A DNA stretch of 64,000 bases from Polymyxa betae A26-41 (Eukaryota; Protista; Endomyxa: Phytomyxea). This document shows, piece by piece, positions 37,901-52,624 of this stretch. The stretch covers positions 45,933 to 109,932 of the forward strand of contig RBZT01000259.1 of assembly GCA_003693705.1 (NCBI GenBank). The letters are read 5' to 3'. Position 1 is the first letter of the stretch. Every line of letters begins with the position of its first letter. Under the pieces are notes generated by a model. The model saw nothing but the letters and a program-made list of their open reading frames with translations, searched no databases and had not been told where the DNA came from. The position numbers and the translations under genes were made by a program.

Positions 37901-39811
37901 AAACGGAGAAAAACAAGTAACATCGCCGACCGATTGAGCATCGTCTTGAACAGAAGTTGATCCCGTACTAAGGACCCAAATGAAATCGCTGTTTGGATAT
38001 GGAAATAGCGATAGTCGAGATTGAACAGCATGTATTGAGCACACCACCGAATTACCTGGGATGAATTGTTCGCTGATGCCAGTCTCTGACAGCAAACTTA
38101 GCGACCTCGTATGTTGCGATTTCTCATGATTGGGATGCATGTTAATCAGAGCGACTTCAATTGCTGCAGTTGAGCCAATATATTCGCTGGTTTGGTCGAT
38201 GATCTTCTGAGCGCCACCTACAATTTGAAACAGCCTTCCAAAACCGAACCATTTTGAAACAACTGATGACGAAAGCAACGTATTGGCAACAACACATGCG
38301 CTGGTCCTCCATCCGGTATTGGAGCCCGGTTGTGAGTAGACAGGGCCAGTACCAAGAACAAAGCACGGACGAGGATCTGGCACATTCTGATCACCATTCG
38401 ACTGAGACGTCGGGCTTTGTGGTGACGGGTAGGAGAATTTTACAGCTTCAACAAGCTCCCCATTCACATAAATACTCACAATGGAGGATTGAATTAGACG
38501 TCGCTCATGGGTTACAACCAGATGATACCAGACTCCGGTTACCCATTCAAATCCTGTGAAAGTTACACTTTGATCTTTGCTTTCCAGTTTCAGATTTCCA
38601 GAATGAATGTACAAATCAATAATACCGCCAATGGATGCCAACCTCAGATCGCTGGCTTGACAATCGATTATAAACCACAACCCAATTGAATATCCTTTCT
38701 GCGGTGGCCATTTCCCCATATCCAATAACGGGCAAGTTAAACACGATACTCCAGTTTGCTGAAGGGAAAATCGAATAAACGGTGTGCGAACACCTGGCAA
38801 AAGTAACTCTTTTACGACGAATTCTAGCAGGGTCGGGTCTCTGTGTATGAGACAAATAAGGCGATGGGCGGCCACAGCTGATGGCCTGTACGCAAGTAAT
38901 GGATTTAGCAATGAAAGCAATGTGGCTCGACACTCATCTGGCGCTGAATCAGCCAACGATTCACAATGATGAAGCAGCGCTTCGACAACATCTGGTAAAG
39001 AGGAAACCAGTGATAGATTCGAATCGAATTGGGAAATGCTGTCTGATAAGAGCTTGTAAACTGTAGCTTGGGTATGATAAGAGCACTTTCCGATTAAGCT
39101 TATCACCAGTCTGATCAGAATAAAGCTTTTCAAAGAACCAGGAGCGATACAGGCTAGATTGCTTTGCCATGCTAGGTCAAATTCGTCAGAGCATCGGTGG
39201 AAAGATACCAAAAAGATTGCCCGCAAAAGGTAATCATCAGAAGAATGCTTCGACCAGAATGAAGCAGCAATTAATGCTGACTGAATTCGACGAAAAATAT
39301 CAAATCTATGGCATTCTTGTCGGATCAAAGAACTGCAACAGATTGCCGCTCCAATAGTCCTTAATATTTCACAGCAAACGTTAACATTCTCGGAATGAGC
39401 AGGCAGGGCTTCGACCAGGCTTAACAGAAGCCCCTGTTCAAGCAGAACATTTGTCTTTCTGTCATCATGATGATTTGATTCAAGAAATGCTCGGCATAGT
39501 TTCAATGAGGGCTCTGGATTGCTGCCAGATCTTAACATTTGTTGCAAAATCTTAACGACCGCGTTGGTTTGAGGAAGAGGAATTGCTAAAGCCGCTATCA
39601 AAAAGGACTTGATTTCTTGATATTCAAATAAATGTGGGAGCAGTGACAGGAAATCTAACGACGAAATTGTCAAGCTGATCAATTCCTGATCGTTATCACA
39701 TAACTGCAGCAACTGGATTCCCACATTTTCTTTATCGTCCTGAGAAGACAAGATTCCGATACTGGCAATGAGCTCTTGTATCTGTTCAGGTGGCCCAGGA
39801 CCAGACAACAT
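31926..39811 (-). CDS. BEACH-domain protein (WDFY3/ALFY-LvsA-SPIRRIG type): ConA-like, PH, BEACH, WD40, C-terminal FYVE-like finger; start uncertain
   Basis: WPPQKGYSIGLWF, GVWYHLVVTH; LSNFDYLM..RTFNDLTQYPVFPWV, HYGTHYSS, DVRELLPEFY, WIDLIYGYKQ, FGQTPKQLF; WD repeats; CPIC..F...CPTCQATYCSSC. Confidence 0.92.
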
Positions 39812-40757
39812 GGGCGAATCGCTTACAGATGTCGCACAAGAGCTACTTTCCAGCTGGAAAGGCTTTTACACCTACTATACAGGGAATAAAGGTCTGTCTT
39901 CTTGTATGTAATTGATGATGACCATGAAACAGAGCATGGTGGAGGTCGAGCTCTACCTCAGTTCTAACTGAGACTACAAGTGGAAGCGGCCTCCTACCGT
40001 ATTCAGTTTCTTATCCTTCTCAATCTGTTCCATTTATTTCTGATGGAGACAGCCATTTAGGCTCTCTGTAGTTCTGACACGGCCAAAGATGATGCCGACG
40101 AACTTCAGGCCTTTTACAATGGGCAAACCACCGCCTCTTGATTATATCAGCAAACTAGACGGATGAATCCAGGCAATCGTTTTTTAAATAGGGTGGCATT
40201 GCGTCCTCTCGCAGAATCCCTTCGCCTTCAGATAATAATTGCTAATTATCGCGAACAGTGAGTATCAGAGCGCTCTTCAAAAATATAAGGGAAGTAGTAA
40301 TCAGTATCTGTTGCGATGGAAATATGCGCATGGTAGTTATTAATAAACAACAACTCTTGTTGCAATACTCTATAACATGACAATTTTAATTCATTCCACG
40401 ATATCAACTCTACCTCACGTGCTAAAATGTTTACTCAAATAAAAGTATGATGCAGGACAAACAATAAATGCTACATTTGGAGATTAGGTGAACTTTTTGC
40501 TTTTGAAAGCGGCAACACTCAATGGTATAACAACTGCCTTCTACTGTACATTATACAACATCGCTTATTTGCAAACAATGTTGTCAAACTTTTGCTTTTG
40601 AGAAAATCGCCGGTACAGATTCGAGATCGATAGAAGGTCGGAGACGTTCCGGGGTTTAACCAAACCCAAGTGTGACTAATTAATTCATCATATAGGAGGG
40701 CTTTTAGGATTTCTGTATCATAAACGACTGCCTGGACTATATCATTGATTATATTCA

Positions 40758-42657
40758 ATGTCATGGCTATCAACATGGCTAGCTGCAACTGTCACCGTTG
40801 CCATGATAGTCTCTGGTATTACACATCTCTGATTCAGCCAATCCAACCTAATGTTCCTATAGCGTTTCTGCTGCGACAGCTCGCTCATCCTGATGTCAAG
40901 CTCGGAGCGTTATTTGTCGTGTTTGCATCATGGACGTTATCGTTTACTGTGGTCTGGATGGCACCATTGGATCTGGATATGGGAGAACAAGAACCAGAAC
41001 TATTAACTCCAGTCTGGCTTGTTGCATATTGGGTCACATCATTACTCACATGGCTCGTTATACCATTACAACAATCATATTACGATTCGGGACATTTCAA
41101 ATTCAAAGATTGCATGAAAGAAGCTTTCCGTTCCAATCTGCAGTTCTACGTGTATGTTCTATGTTGAGGTTCAATTATCGCTAATTTGTTGTCTTAGTAT
41201 TGTTGGAGTATTACTTGCTATAATCGGGACCACGATAGCAGTTATGTATGGGTTGGCAGCTGCTAATTTATTAGCATTATCAATGGCTTTAGCTAATATC
41301 TGGGGTCTCTTTCTCATGGTTGTATTGCTTGGATATGGTCTGGTAGATATCCCTAGAAAGCTATGGAATGTTGGAAATATGCAAATGAAAACCAGAGCAC
41401 TTTATTTTAGAGCGGTTGAGGTGCATGACGAATATCAGGATGCTATTGAACAACTATCAGATACTCTGGCCATGGTTATTGAATCTGCTAATCGCGTTCG
41501 GCAACTGGATGATCCTGAATTGAATTCTTTTATGGATATAATTGAGGCGGCGTGCCCATCGCCTGAATCTGTGACTACGGTTGCAGAGTTCACGCCATCA
41601 CCGTTGGCTGGTGAGTTGAAGAACAATGCTCCATCAGAACATCTTTTGGCAAAGCTACATTTTCGGGTCAAGAAAGATTTTCATGAAAATCGAAGAGCTG
41701 AATTTGAATGGAACAGCCTGTTGGATCGATTGGATCAAATTGAATCCGATGAGGTTGATAAACTATCAAGAGCTCTTTTGCATCAGACTATTCGCACAAC
41801 ATTCAGCTTACATGTCTTTGCCCGAATCTTATCGATTTTATTCTGGATTATGACAGCCGCTGTCATCTGGTCGGAAGTTACATTGTCTATTGACGTGCGG
41901 TATTCTGTGTTCTACATACTTATTCAATATTTTAACTCTCAATCTGCTACATATTTAATCGGAGTCTGTTTAATATCTTATCTGGGTAAGCATGAACCTT
42001 TATTTTCAGAAAGAAACTGACAGGTTTTATTCACCAGCTGGATGCGCGTTCTACACTATGTTTCGTGTAAGGCTGTCAAGCTTCTACCATTTGCACTTCG
42101 GTGGTCATAGGTTTGCGTGATTTTTCGCATTCTCAGAGTTGCTAATTCCTAATAGTGAAGCCAACTCACTGTTGTTTAACGCCTCATATATCCTTCGGTT
42201 AATGTTCCCTCTGGGTATTAATTTCTTCTCGACAACGCTCATGAATCGTGGTGAAGATACGTCCTTTGAAAAAGCGGTTGGCCAAATGAACGTTGTCCCG
42301 ATTCTTGGTACGCTTTAAATGCCTCTTCGATCGTTTATAATTCTCGTCCACAGGTCAGAAATTTAACTTGTTCGTACCGATAGTCATATCTGTTCTTTGT
42401 TTGGCAACACTGCTTAATTTCTACGGCCGCATTCTGCGTCTTTTACAGATAAGCCAGTCAGTAATTTGTAAACTCGCTGTAATATCGATCTGATTGTTGC
42501 ATCAAGATTTGAGGAAAATGGCCCTGGTTCTGATCAAATAGTTGAAGAAGGCGAGTCCCTTGTCAGGCGTTATAGGAGAAAGCGCGCACGGCTAATGATG
42601 AATGATCGAACAGCGGGCGGTTATCACAAATTGGTTCAGGAAAGAGAACGAATTTAA
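40758..42657 (+). CDS. LMBR1-like membrane protein (LMBRD2 type)
   Basis: MAPLDL, W..AYWVTSLLTWLVIPLQQSYYDSGHF, ANIWGLFLMVVLLGYGLVDIPRKLW, SLLFNASY..RL..PLG.NF. Confidence 0.9.
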
Positions 42658-42689
42658 TGCTTCTTTTAATAGATTAAATATTCATACAT

Positions 42690-44503
42690 TTATTGAAGAT
42701 CATCTTCGTCGTCTTCACCAATTGCGAAACGACTAACAGCCCCTTTGTTCACGAGAGCCGGAGTTCTAACGTTATCCTAGAAACATCCTATTTACCTGCA
42801 GCTTTAAAGTCAATTTCTTGAAACCCTACTTTTAGTTCGAGATCAAATTCGTCATCAAAATCGTTTTGCGCGACTTGTTCAGCGTATGCTATGGAGCGGC
42901 TGTTGGGTCCAGGTCTCCAAAGGAATGCGATGCCAACGAGCACCGAAAGATATATAATTTGAGCGAAACCTGATCGATTGAAAATTACGAATTGTTACTG
43001 TAGGCATCTTACCGTCAAATAAGAGAAACGTCCAATTCCAATACTTCAGCTGCAGAAGGCTTTCGACAAAATAGCTACACAGGTTAAATAAGTGGATGAA
43101 AGGGCATTTTGCAGATAGATTTACATGCGGAAAATGCTGAAGATGGTAACAACCGCTAAAGACGCAAACAATATTCCAGCAAATGATCTCATGTGGGCAT
43201 ATTTAGCAGGCTGTCTGCGAATGCGAAGTTCTTCAAGCGTTTGCGATAAAGAAACAACTGAACCAATATAAGAAATTGGACTGCATGGCCCAACAAGTTT
43301 TCAACATACAAATCCACCAATAGAATGCAGAATCCATTAGAGTCACGGGAGCCATTAACCACAAGGCTCCTTGAGTAGCATGCGATCCTCGTGAGTTGGT
43401 CCATACGTGTTGTTTTAATTGTAGCATCGCTTCCCTAACGATAATCACTTGAATAATTTGAAAGCGCTTTGTCTAAAAAAGTCATACAGTGTCATATAAA
43501 CTAAACCAGCGGTTAAAACACGACACTTGGCGTCTCCTACTACGTTCAATTGAGATAGGTATCATGAATGTAAATGGCAATTACATGAAGGTTTTGACAC
43601 TCCAAATCCCATAGAAACCGCAACAACTAACATTCGAGAGACAGCTCGTCGAATAGACGAAGTAATCAACGCCAATGAGAAAGGCCCGGTCTGTCTTATA
43701 CCAGAGGTGTTGAAAGAAGTGTAAAATGAATACCAGGCAAACATCTCAATACAGCAAAGAGCAATGACACAAGAGATAGCTTGCTGGACTTGCATTAATT
43801 GAGTTCTGTGCTTAATGTTGAAATATGTCCAAATTAGAGCCACGAGACAGTATGCCCCGATCATATATGAATAGAATGGTAAATATGGATAATCGAGAGG
43901 AGATAGCATTCCAAAACTATGCTGGACTACTATCTGGCCCGACATTGCCATTACGCCACCATCTTTCTCAAATCGACAATCGCTAACAACCAGCATGCCA
44001 AAAACTGTATTCGCGGTACTGAAGGTGAACGAGAAATCGCTGTTTCCGGAATCAATCCTTTTAGATTCGAAAACTTCCACAAGGTCTGGGTTGAAGACCA
44101 ATAAATCCCGATCGGCGCTGGTGCATTTGCCGGCAGATATTAGATCGGAATCACAACTGATATTCAGATCAAAGTTTGGTGAAAACGAAGTGAACGATAG
44201 TTACCAGAAATTGGGTTGTCTATTTTCAGATAATTTGATGCCCATGGCTTCCTGAAGTCGAGGAATATCTGTTGGTTTCATTCCAATAACGGCAACAGAG
44301 ATCGGTCGTTGATCATCTGGCGGCTGGTCAAAATGAATATTGCCAGCAATGGTAGCTTTGGACCCCTCAGAAGGCGCGATTAATGACAATCCAAAATCAA
44401 CAAGGCTGTCTCTCTGAATGTTTTCGTTCGAATACTTGAATACCTCTGCCGCTGTCAGGCTTGAGAGCATAACAGCTACAGAGATAGGGATCCAGACATT
44501 CAT
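42690..44503 (-). CDS. GOST / lung seven-transmembrane receptor (GPR107/TMEM87 family)
   Basis: Signal peptide; FGMLSPLDYPYLPFY, QVQQAISCVIALCCIEM, SRMLVVAVSMGFGVSKP, AFLWRP..NS..AY; acidic tail. Confidence 0.88.
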
Positions 44504-44911
44504 CCTTAGATTTGGCAATTACAGCAAGCAGTGTTAAGACAGTAGCCGAGGGTTAAAACTGTTGCAGGCAGACACAGAGGTAGGGGCTGGTCTGATCGAT
44601 TCCAGCACCGAAAGTATTAGCGCAATGCAAATGGTCATGCGCTGTTAGATATCGACCGAATGAAGGTGTTCCGCTCTAAGAACTTTTGGTTCTGATGATT
44701 AATGATGATATTGTTGATAATAAATATGAATATAGAGATATACTTTATACAATAAATAAATACTATTAGGTGACTATCCATGATCATGTTACATGTTCTG
44801 TTTAGTAAGAGAGAATGAGATCAGTCAAGCGCAGACTGACTCAGCGCAAACCCTAAACTTGAATTGTACTTCTGGTCGCTGTCTATATCAATTTAGTGAT
44901 ATCTATCTATT

Positions 44912-45636
44912 ATGAAAGATCACGATCAATCATTAGACGCGTTCGTTGAAGGGGATGAAGGCGCTCAGCGATATTTCGCATATGTGGCCCGTCTACGAAG
45001 TTTAGTCACGACAGGGTCCAGGTATGTCGCCTTCACATCAGGTAATACCCTTCAAAGTTCGCTTCTCTTCGACCAAATGCATACATTTGATGGTTTTAGG
45101 CTTACAATTTCATTATAGATTTGATGTGCTGTTGATGTTTTACATTTAAGGATATTCATTATGGAAATTAGACGTTGGAGAGGCATTTAGGCCTGTTGTT
45201 CCTCCTTGGGCTGTGACATCAGCATATGCTATATCTGGTGCTTATGTTGTTGCTGATGTTGCATATCATGGATATCTTGCTCAGAGACATGGTCATGATG
45301 TCGCTAAAACTGTTGCAGAACGTTCTGTATTTCAGGTGTTAGCATCTCTGGTATATAACTTGTGTAGCTTGCATTATAATGTTCTAATAGAATGTGATAT
45401 AGGCATTACCAGCAATCGCTATACATACGGTTGTCGATGTTTCAGCAAAATTTTTGAAATCCAGACCGAATCTTGTGAAATCACAGAAAATGTTTAAATA
45501 TGCACCTACAGCATTGGGATTGGCGGTTGTTCCATTCTTACCTGTCCTTATTGATCATCCTGTGGAGAATCTCGTCGAGAATTTATTCAAGACGTATTGG
45601 CGGAATTCAGAAGAGAATCCCAAGAAGACTAACTAA
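44912..45636 (+). CDS. MTFP1: Mitochondrial fission process protein 1 (MTP18)
   Basis: RYVAFTSDVGEAFRPVVP, YAISGAYVVAD, FQVLAS, GLAVVPFLPVLIDHPVE. Confidence 0.9.
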
Positions 45637-45786
45637 TGTCCAGAACTTCATTGTCTAAACATTCATTGCTCTTATGTATTGGGACACTGTACTAATCTTT
45701 CGATTTGAGTTGTTTGTTGTTATGACATTTGGATTTGTAATGATGATATGGATGTAATGATGTGATCTTTGAGCCTTGATGTGATT

Positions 45787-45996
45787 CTACATGACATAGA
45801 CAATATCTCCTTCTGTATCCAAGAAGAACACTCGATTCTTATCATCGATATAGAGCCATTCGTCTTGATGAATTGAAACACGATTGCCATCAATTAGAAC
45901 TGGACGAGCACCAGTGACAATATTAGCTTGAATAGTGGAGGAGATGATGATGATGAGGGACATAATCCTAATAGAAAGTAATCTAATATGATTCAT
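45787..45996 (-). CDS. Small putative secreted protein, unknown function
   Basis: Hydrophobic N-terminus SLIIIISSTIQA; short beta-rich mature part (WLYIDDKNRVFFLDTEGDIVYV). Confidence 0.45.
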   Translation of the reverse strand: MNHIRLLSIRIMSLIIIISSTIQANIVTGARPVLIDGNRVSIHQDEWLYIDDKNRVFFLDTEGDIVYVM

Positions 45997-46098
45997 ATAA
46001 TCTATCTATCTGATTGTATATTAATGACCGACTCATTATGACCGATATCTACTGGTAAACAGACAACAGTCTTCATCAGGATAATATTTCAATACTGT

Positions 46099-46446
46099 TT
46101 ATAACATGGCGTGGTGCTCAAGATGTTCAACACCTTCATGTCCTCCACGTAAGAAGGGAATGTCACCATCTCCTTCTTCATGGAATATGTTTTCGTGAAC
46201 ACCAGTTGCATGATCATCATGATGGATATCTCCAAGTTCGGTGTCCAGATCCTGGATCGAATGTCCATCTCCGAAATGACGTTTATCGTGATACATGGCA
46301 GCCCAATCAGCAACTAAACCACCACCTTGACGGTAGTCGTTATCGACGTGACCATCACCGTGTTCAACTTCAATAACGGTATCACCACCCATAGCGATTC
46401 CAGCCATTAAAACACCAGCAGCCAATAGCATTGTTGTCTTCAACAT
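46099..46446 (-). CDS. Small secreted His/Asp/Gly-rich protein
   Basis: Signal peptide MLKTTMLLAAGVLMAGIAMG; 14 His, many Asp/Glu, no Cys; intronless; biased codon usage. Confidence 0.75.
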   Translation of the reverse strand: MLKTTMLLAAGVLMAGIAMGGDTVIEVEHGDGHVDNDYRQGGGLVADWAAMYHDKRHFGDGHSIQDLDTELGDIHHDDHATGVHENIFHEEGDGDIPFLRGGHEGVEHLEHHAML

Positions 46447-46626
46447 TATTGGTTCTTGAGAGTTCCTTCTATATAAATCTGTTTGATGTTAGTTCTTGGC
46501 TGATTATAAATGAATGAGTACAATGTTGGAAATTTCAAGCCAGATCATTAACAGCCCTGATGATACATTGATGACTCATGATATTGTATTACAGATTGGC
46601 GAATAGCCCAGTGAATCACGAGGTCG

Positions 46627-47823
46627 CTAAATTGGTGAATCAATGATGTCCACGATCTTTGGGTTCTGTATACGATGTGCCATATCTTGTGAATAATGAC
46701 TCAGAGGTGTTATGATTGAACCAAGTTCCAATACTGCTTGTATGGATGGGCCTAGATCTCTCCTCATACTGACGAATAGCTTTGAAGAACGTAGTGCATT
46801 GCATGACGAACAGATTTGTTGAAATTGACATGTTAGAAGACATTGTCGACATTGAATATGTTGACATTGAGAGGTCAGAATAGGATCGTTTAATATCTCA
46901 TTGCATGATCGACATTTCAGTATACTGAATAATGCTTGATAGAGAGATTCACTATATTTCTCATATTCTTGTGAATGTTGTAATGCAGCTATTAAATGTT
47001 CTCTTGTCATTAACGAAGTCCACATTTCATTGTCTTTCACTCGACGTTTTGATATCAAACATTGCCTTTCCAAGTTCAGATCTGACAAACGTTGGTCATA
47101 CTTTCGTAGATTCTTAACAAGTTGTTCAGCTCGATGTTCGGTGCTGATTAGCAATACAGCATTCCGTTGATATTCGTTATTTAGAACCGAATTTTGATGA
47201 AGCAATAACTTCCTCAATGATGGTCTCATTGTTTGATCATTTGTGTGTTCAGCAATCTCAATATGAATATCTGATTGCAATCGCCCCTGACGAGATCGCA
47301 GCTGTCGTCGTAATTGTCGTGCTTGCGCTCTTTGTTCAAATAAAGTATCAGTTAATCGCTGAATCATGAGCTGATCTTCATCTCCAGATTCATTCGCTTT
47401 CCTTCTCTGTAATTCATACTGTAAACTGAATTTCTTCAAATCAATATTAGAAGCTCTGAGATTCCGAAGTATCTGTGATTGTATCTTTCTCTTTTTATCA
47501 ACAAACTCTGTCATTTTTTTCGCTTTCTTACTTAGCTGCACATATGACTCACGTATTCTTTTGAATAAATTATCGCAATCGCGATCGAATGCAACGATGG
47601 CATTTACGCGAGCTCTTGTTTGATGGAGTTGACTGGATCGTATTGCATTAGCTTGTTGATGAGATAATTGATTACAGGCTCGTGATGCTGATCTGATCTC
47701 TCTTATAACGTGAGCTATATCCTGATCTGAAGGTCGTGGTGATGTCCAGCAATCGTATTGAATTTGATCATGATTGATAGCAGGTTGTTGGAAGTAGCTA
47801 CTAGAGCTAAAACTTCTCATCAT
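46627..47823 (-). CDS. Coiled-coil protein with C-terminal RING finger
   Basis: Long heptad-rich region then CRSC..ILNDPILTSQCQHIQCRQC...CSSC. Confidence 0.65.
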   Translation of the reverse strand: MMRSFSSSSYFQQPAINHDQIQYDCWTSPRPSDQDIAHVIREIRSASRACNQLSHQQANAIRSSQLHQTRARVNAIVAFDRDCDNLFKRIRESYVQLSKKAKKMTEFVDKKRKIQSQILRNLRASNIDLKKFSLQYELQRRKANESGDEDQLMIQRLTDTLFEQRAQARQLRRQLRSRQGRLQSDIHIEIAEHTNDQTMRPSLRKLLLHQNSVLNNEYQRNAVLLISTEHRAEQLVKNLRKYDQRLSDLNLERQCLISKRRVKDNEMWTSLMTREHLIAALQHSQEYEKYSESLYQALFSILKCRSCNEILNDPILTSQCQHIQCRQCLLTCQFQQICSSCNALRSSKLFVSMRRDLGPSIQAVLELGSIITPLSHYSQDMAHRIQNPKIVDIIDSPI

Positions 47824-47907
47824 ATAATATACAAGATCTAATACATGGTACCTAATCTGAAACAATCAAATCTCAGACAATCTGTATTAACAATTTAATG
47901 AAACAAT

Positions 47908-48360
47908 TTAGCCGATCGACTTGATCAAATCAATTAACTTGGAGTATTCAATAGTCTTAGCAGCTGAAGAATTATCACCACTTGTACGTCTGGCATCATC
48001 AAGGATAGTCTCAATTTCAGCTCTGGATAGCTTATCACCCAATGTTGTCAATGCATGAGTAAATTCTTCAATATTGATATGTCCAGGCTTATCTTTGCAT
48101 TCGAACACCTTGAACGCATCGGCGATTTCTTCAATCGTCTTCTGAATCTTGGTGGATTCGACCAAATAGGTCTGGAAGATCGGATACGTGATCTTGCCCT
48201 TGTGTTTGCTGTTAACTTCATCTGTGAAGGTCTTGATCTGATCGGCAGTGAGACGCTTGCCGACGCTGCGCAAAGCGATGCCAAGGTCTTCAGCCTTGAG
48301 CATGCCTTCCTTGGCGTACATGTTAAAGACCTCTTGAGATGTTTGTCCTTCGGTCGTCAT
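47908..48360 (-). CDS. Calmodulin-like / myosin light chain EF-hand protein
   Basis: EVFNMY, LGIALRSVG, EIADAFKVF, EFTHALTTLGDKLS; degenerate EF loops. Confidence 0.88.
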   Translation of the reverse strand: MTTEGQTSQEVFNMYAKEGMLKAEDLGIALRSVGKRLTADQIKTFTDEVNSKHKGKITYPIFQTYLVESTKIQKTIEEIADAFKVFECKDKPGHINIEEFTHALTTLGDKLSRAEIETILDDARRTSGDNSSAAKTIEYSKLIDLIKSIG

Positions 48361-48502
48361 GATGATGCTGATAATAAAGGAATGATAGATGAGGGAACGA
48401 CTGAAAGAGCGCAACCCTTATATAACCTTGCAGGGACCCGCCAATACAGCATATAGAGAGCACTAATACAACACTGCATCTAGGGTTTATCTATTCTTAT
48501 TC

Positions 48503-50250
<1,748 letters not shown>

Positions 50251-50263
50251 TTTACTGCTAATA

Positions 50264-52378
50264 CTAATATATAATACGAATCAGTCTGCGATATATTCGT
50301 CGTAACAGGAAATGATGGGGTGATGCTCGACTCGCGTGAATTCGTCGAGCAATATTACATACAGAACGGGACGGTTCGATGGGCGCGATCAACGCCAACC
50401 GGCTTAGATTGGTATCTTTTGGCATGATTCCCGCTAATGACATTATTAGCAGATCTGCATGCAGACCTGTAGTTAAGCGTTAATAATCGAATTGATAGAT
50501 GGCGTAATAACAAACCAATGGCAAATGCAGAAATGATATGTCCTGATCCAGCATTGACAACAATCTCCTAATTCAATATTATAAAAACAAGCACACGAAG
50601 TTATATATTGACTTTACCAAGAAACCGTTCTCAATCGGCTCTCGGTATCTCTCCAGATCCGATTCTGAAGATAATCAGAGAAATCCATACAGAAATGATG
50701 TTGCTGACCCGTAGCTGTTAACGGTTTAACAACAAACACAACTTGGGCAATCTTTGGTGATGTGCTGATAATAACAGGTAGAATCAGATCTGAACATCGT
50801 CGTAGTCTGACAAATACATTGGTGACCGCTTCCAGGCCTTGATATTGAGCTAAGTCCCACGATCTAACCAATATCTCAATATTTAATCATAGATGGGAAC
50901 AAACTGATCTATGACCTATAATGTCGGGCTGTAATACAATCACCAACAGCACAAATATTCCTATTAGCTGTCACATAGAAATCATCAACCTGAATTCCAC
51001 CCATATCTGTATATTTAACACCTGTTCATGATAATAAGAAATATATTGCTGGAATTCCCTGTTTATTACCAGCCAGATCTAAACCTAAGTTTTGGATATT
51101 AGCACGATTATCTATTAGATCGATAACGTAATCAGCCTAAACAATATTCAATTCAAACAGCCATAACAAAATATATTACGTGCTTGAACTGAACTTGGTA
51201 AGCCAGCAGAATCTAAAAACAGAGCACGAATACGAGCACGTTCAGGGTGAAGTTCGGAATCTGAAATTCGAACAAACTGGATGAGATGAATATCAGATAA
51301 TGTTGTGTGAGATGAAACTGACTCACCTTAGATACAAGTACAACTTGAATACCAGCTTGATATAATACAGAGAGAATATCGTTAAGATGATGAGGTTGTA
51401 GAGATGATATAAGATCTTGTTTACATAATAATATAACCTTACAACATATTCCTGACAATTGATAACAAATTTCTAATGCACGAGGTATAGATCCTAAAAC
51501 TACAACACGATCTTCTTTTGTACAATGTTTAAGGCAATTATCTAATTGTGACATAATTGTAGAAGTCCTGCATGATCCAGTTGCAATAATAGCTTTACGA
51601 AATCGTAACTGAACATCATCACTAATTCGTACTGTATCTGTTGATGTAAAACGACCTGATCCTGGATACAGATCACAACCAACCTATACGATATTATTCA
51701 TATAATGTAGATGATATTATCAGGAGGATGAACGACCTGAGACAGTCGATCAAGATTGATATCATCATGAAGTGCATCATGTTGAACATTATCGTGACTA
51801 GATTTAAGACGTTGAATAATATGACGATATTCAGGATGTGGCTCATATATTAATGCAACCTGAAGTCTAATAAACGTAATATAAGAGATGCATCTAATAT
51901 GATTATCTATAAGAGGTAGTACTAACCCAACAGATACAGCTCGAAATGCTGCTGATAGACCTGCATATCCACCTCCAATAATAACCAGATCATATATCAA
52001 GGGATTTACACGACCTCTTAAATGAGTACTTTTACGTCCATCTGCATCATATCGATATTGTTTCTTATTGGAACGTTCAAAGCGTGTCTGATTGGGGTCT
52101 TGAGCCTGTTATATATCATAAGATGTATAATAATATCAACTAATCATTTGTATTGACCGAGATCTGACCACTATTTAATAGTAATGTGCCTATCTGATCA
52201 ACTTCATGAGCATTAGCAGCTATATGGTTTTCTATAAGACAATGTCCAAGCTGATCAGCAGTAAATAATTGTTGATCCTGTACAGATTGCATTAGATATA
52301 GATAAGAGATATGACATATACACATACAAGATGGGTATGAAGAGCTTGTTGACCTGTCAGATATTGATTCCAATTCAT
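50264..52378 (-). CDS. DEP-like domain fused to a degenerate pyridine nucleotide-disulfide oxidoreductase
   Basis: YDLVIIGGGYAGLSAA, GSGRFTS..KAIIATGS, VDDFYVTANRNICAVGDC; N-terminal FTADQLGHCL..EVDQIGTLLLNSGQI; no CxxxxC. Confidence 0.7.
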
Positions 52379-52624
52379 TTAGTTGTTATTGGTGAATAGT
52401 CTTCATGAACATTGTATTAAGTAGGTACAAGTACTGACCCTATTTATTACTCCCATAAACAGATAAAATAGTACTTTGGAGGTCGTGTTTATATAGATCC
52501 GTATTAGGGTTACTTTGTCTGTATGTATAATAATATTACGCAGTCCGTGATATTCTGCGTCTAATGACCTCCATCTATTTCCTGATCAGACTGATTCTCT
52601 GATATCCATATTGTAATATCAATC

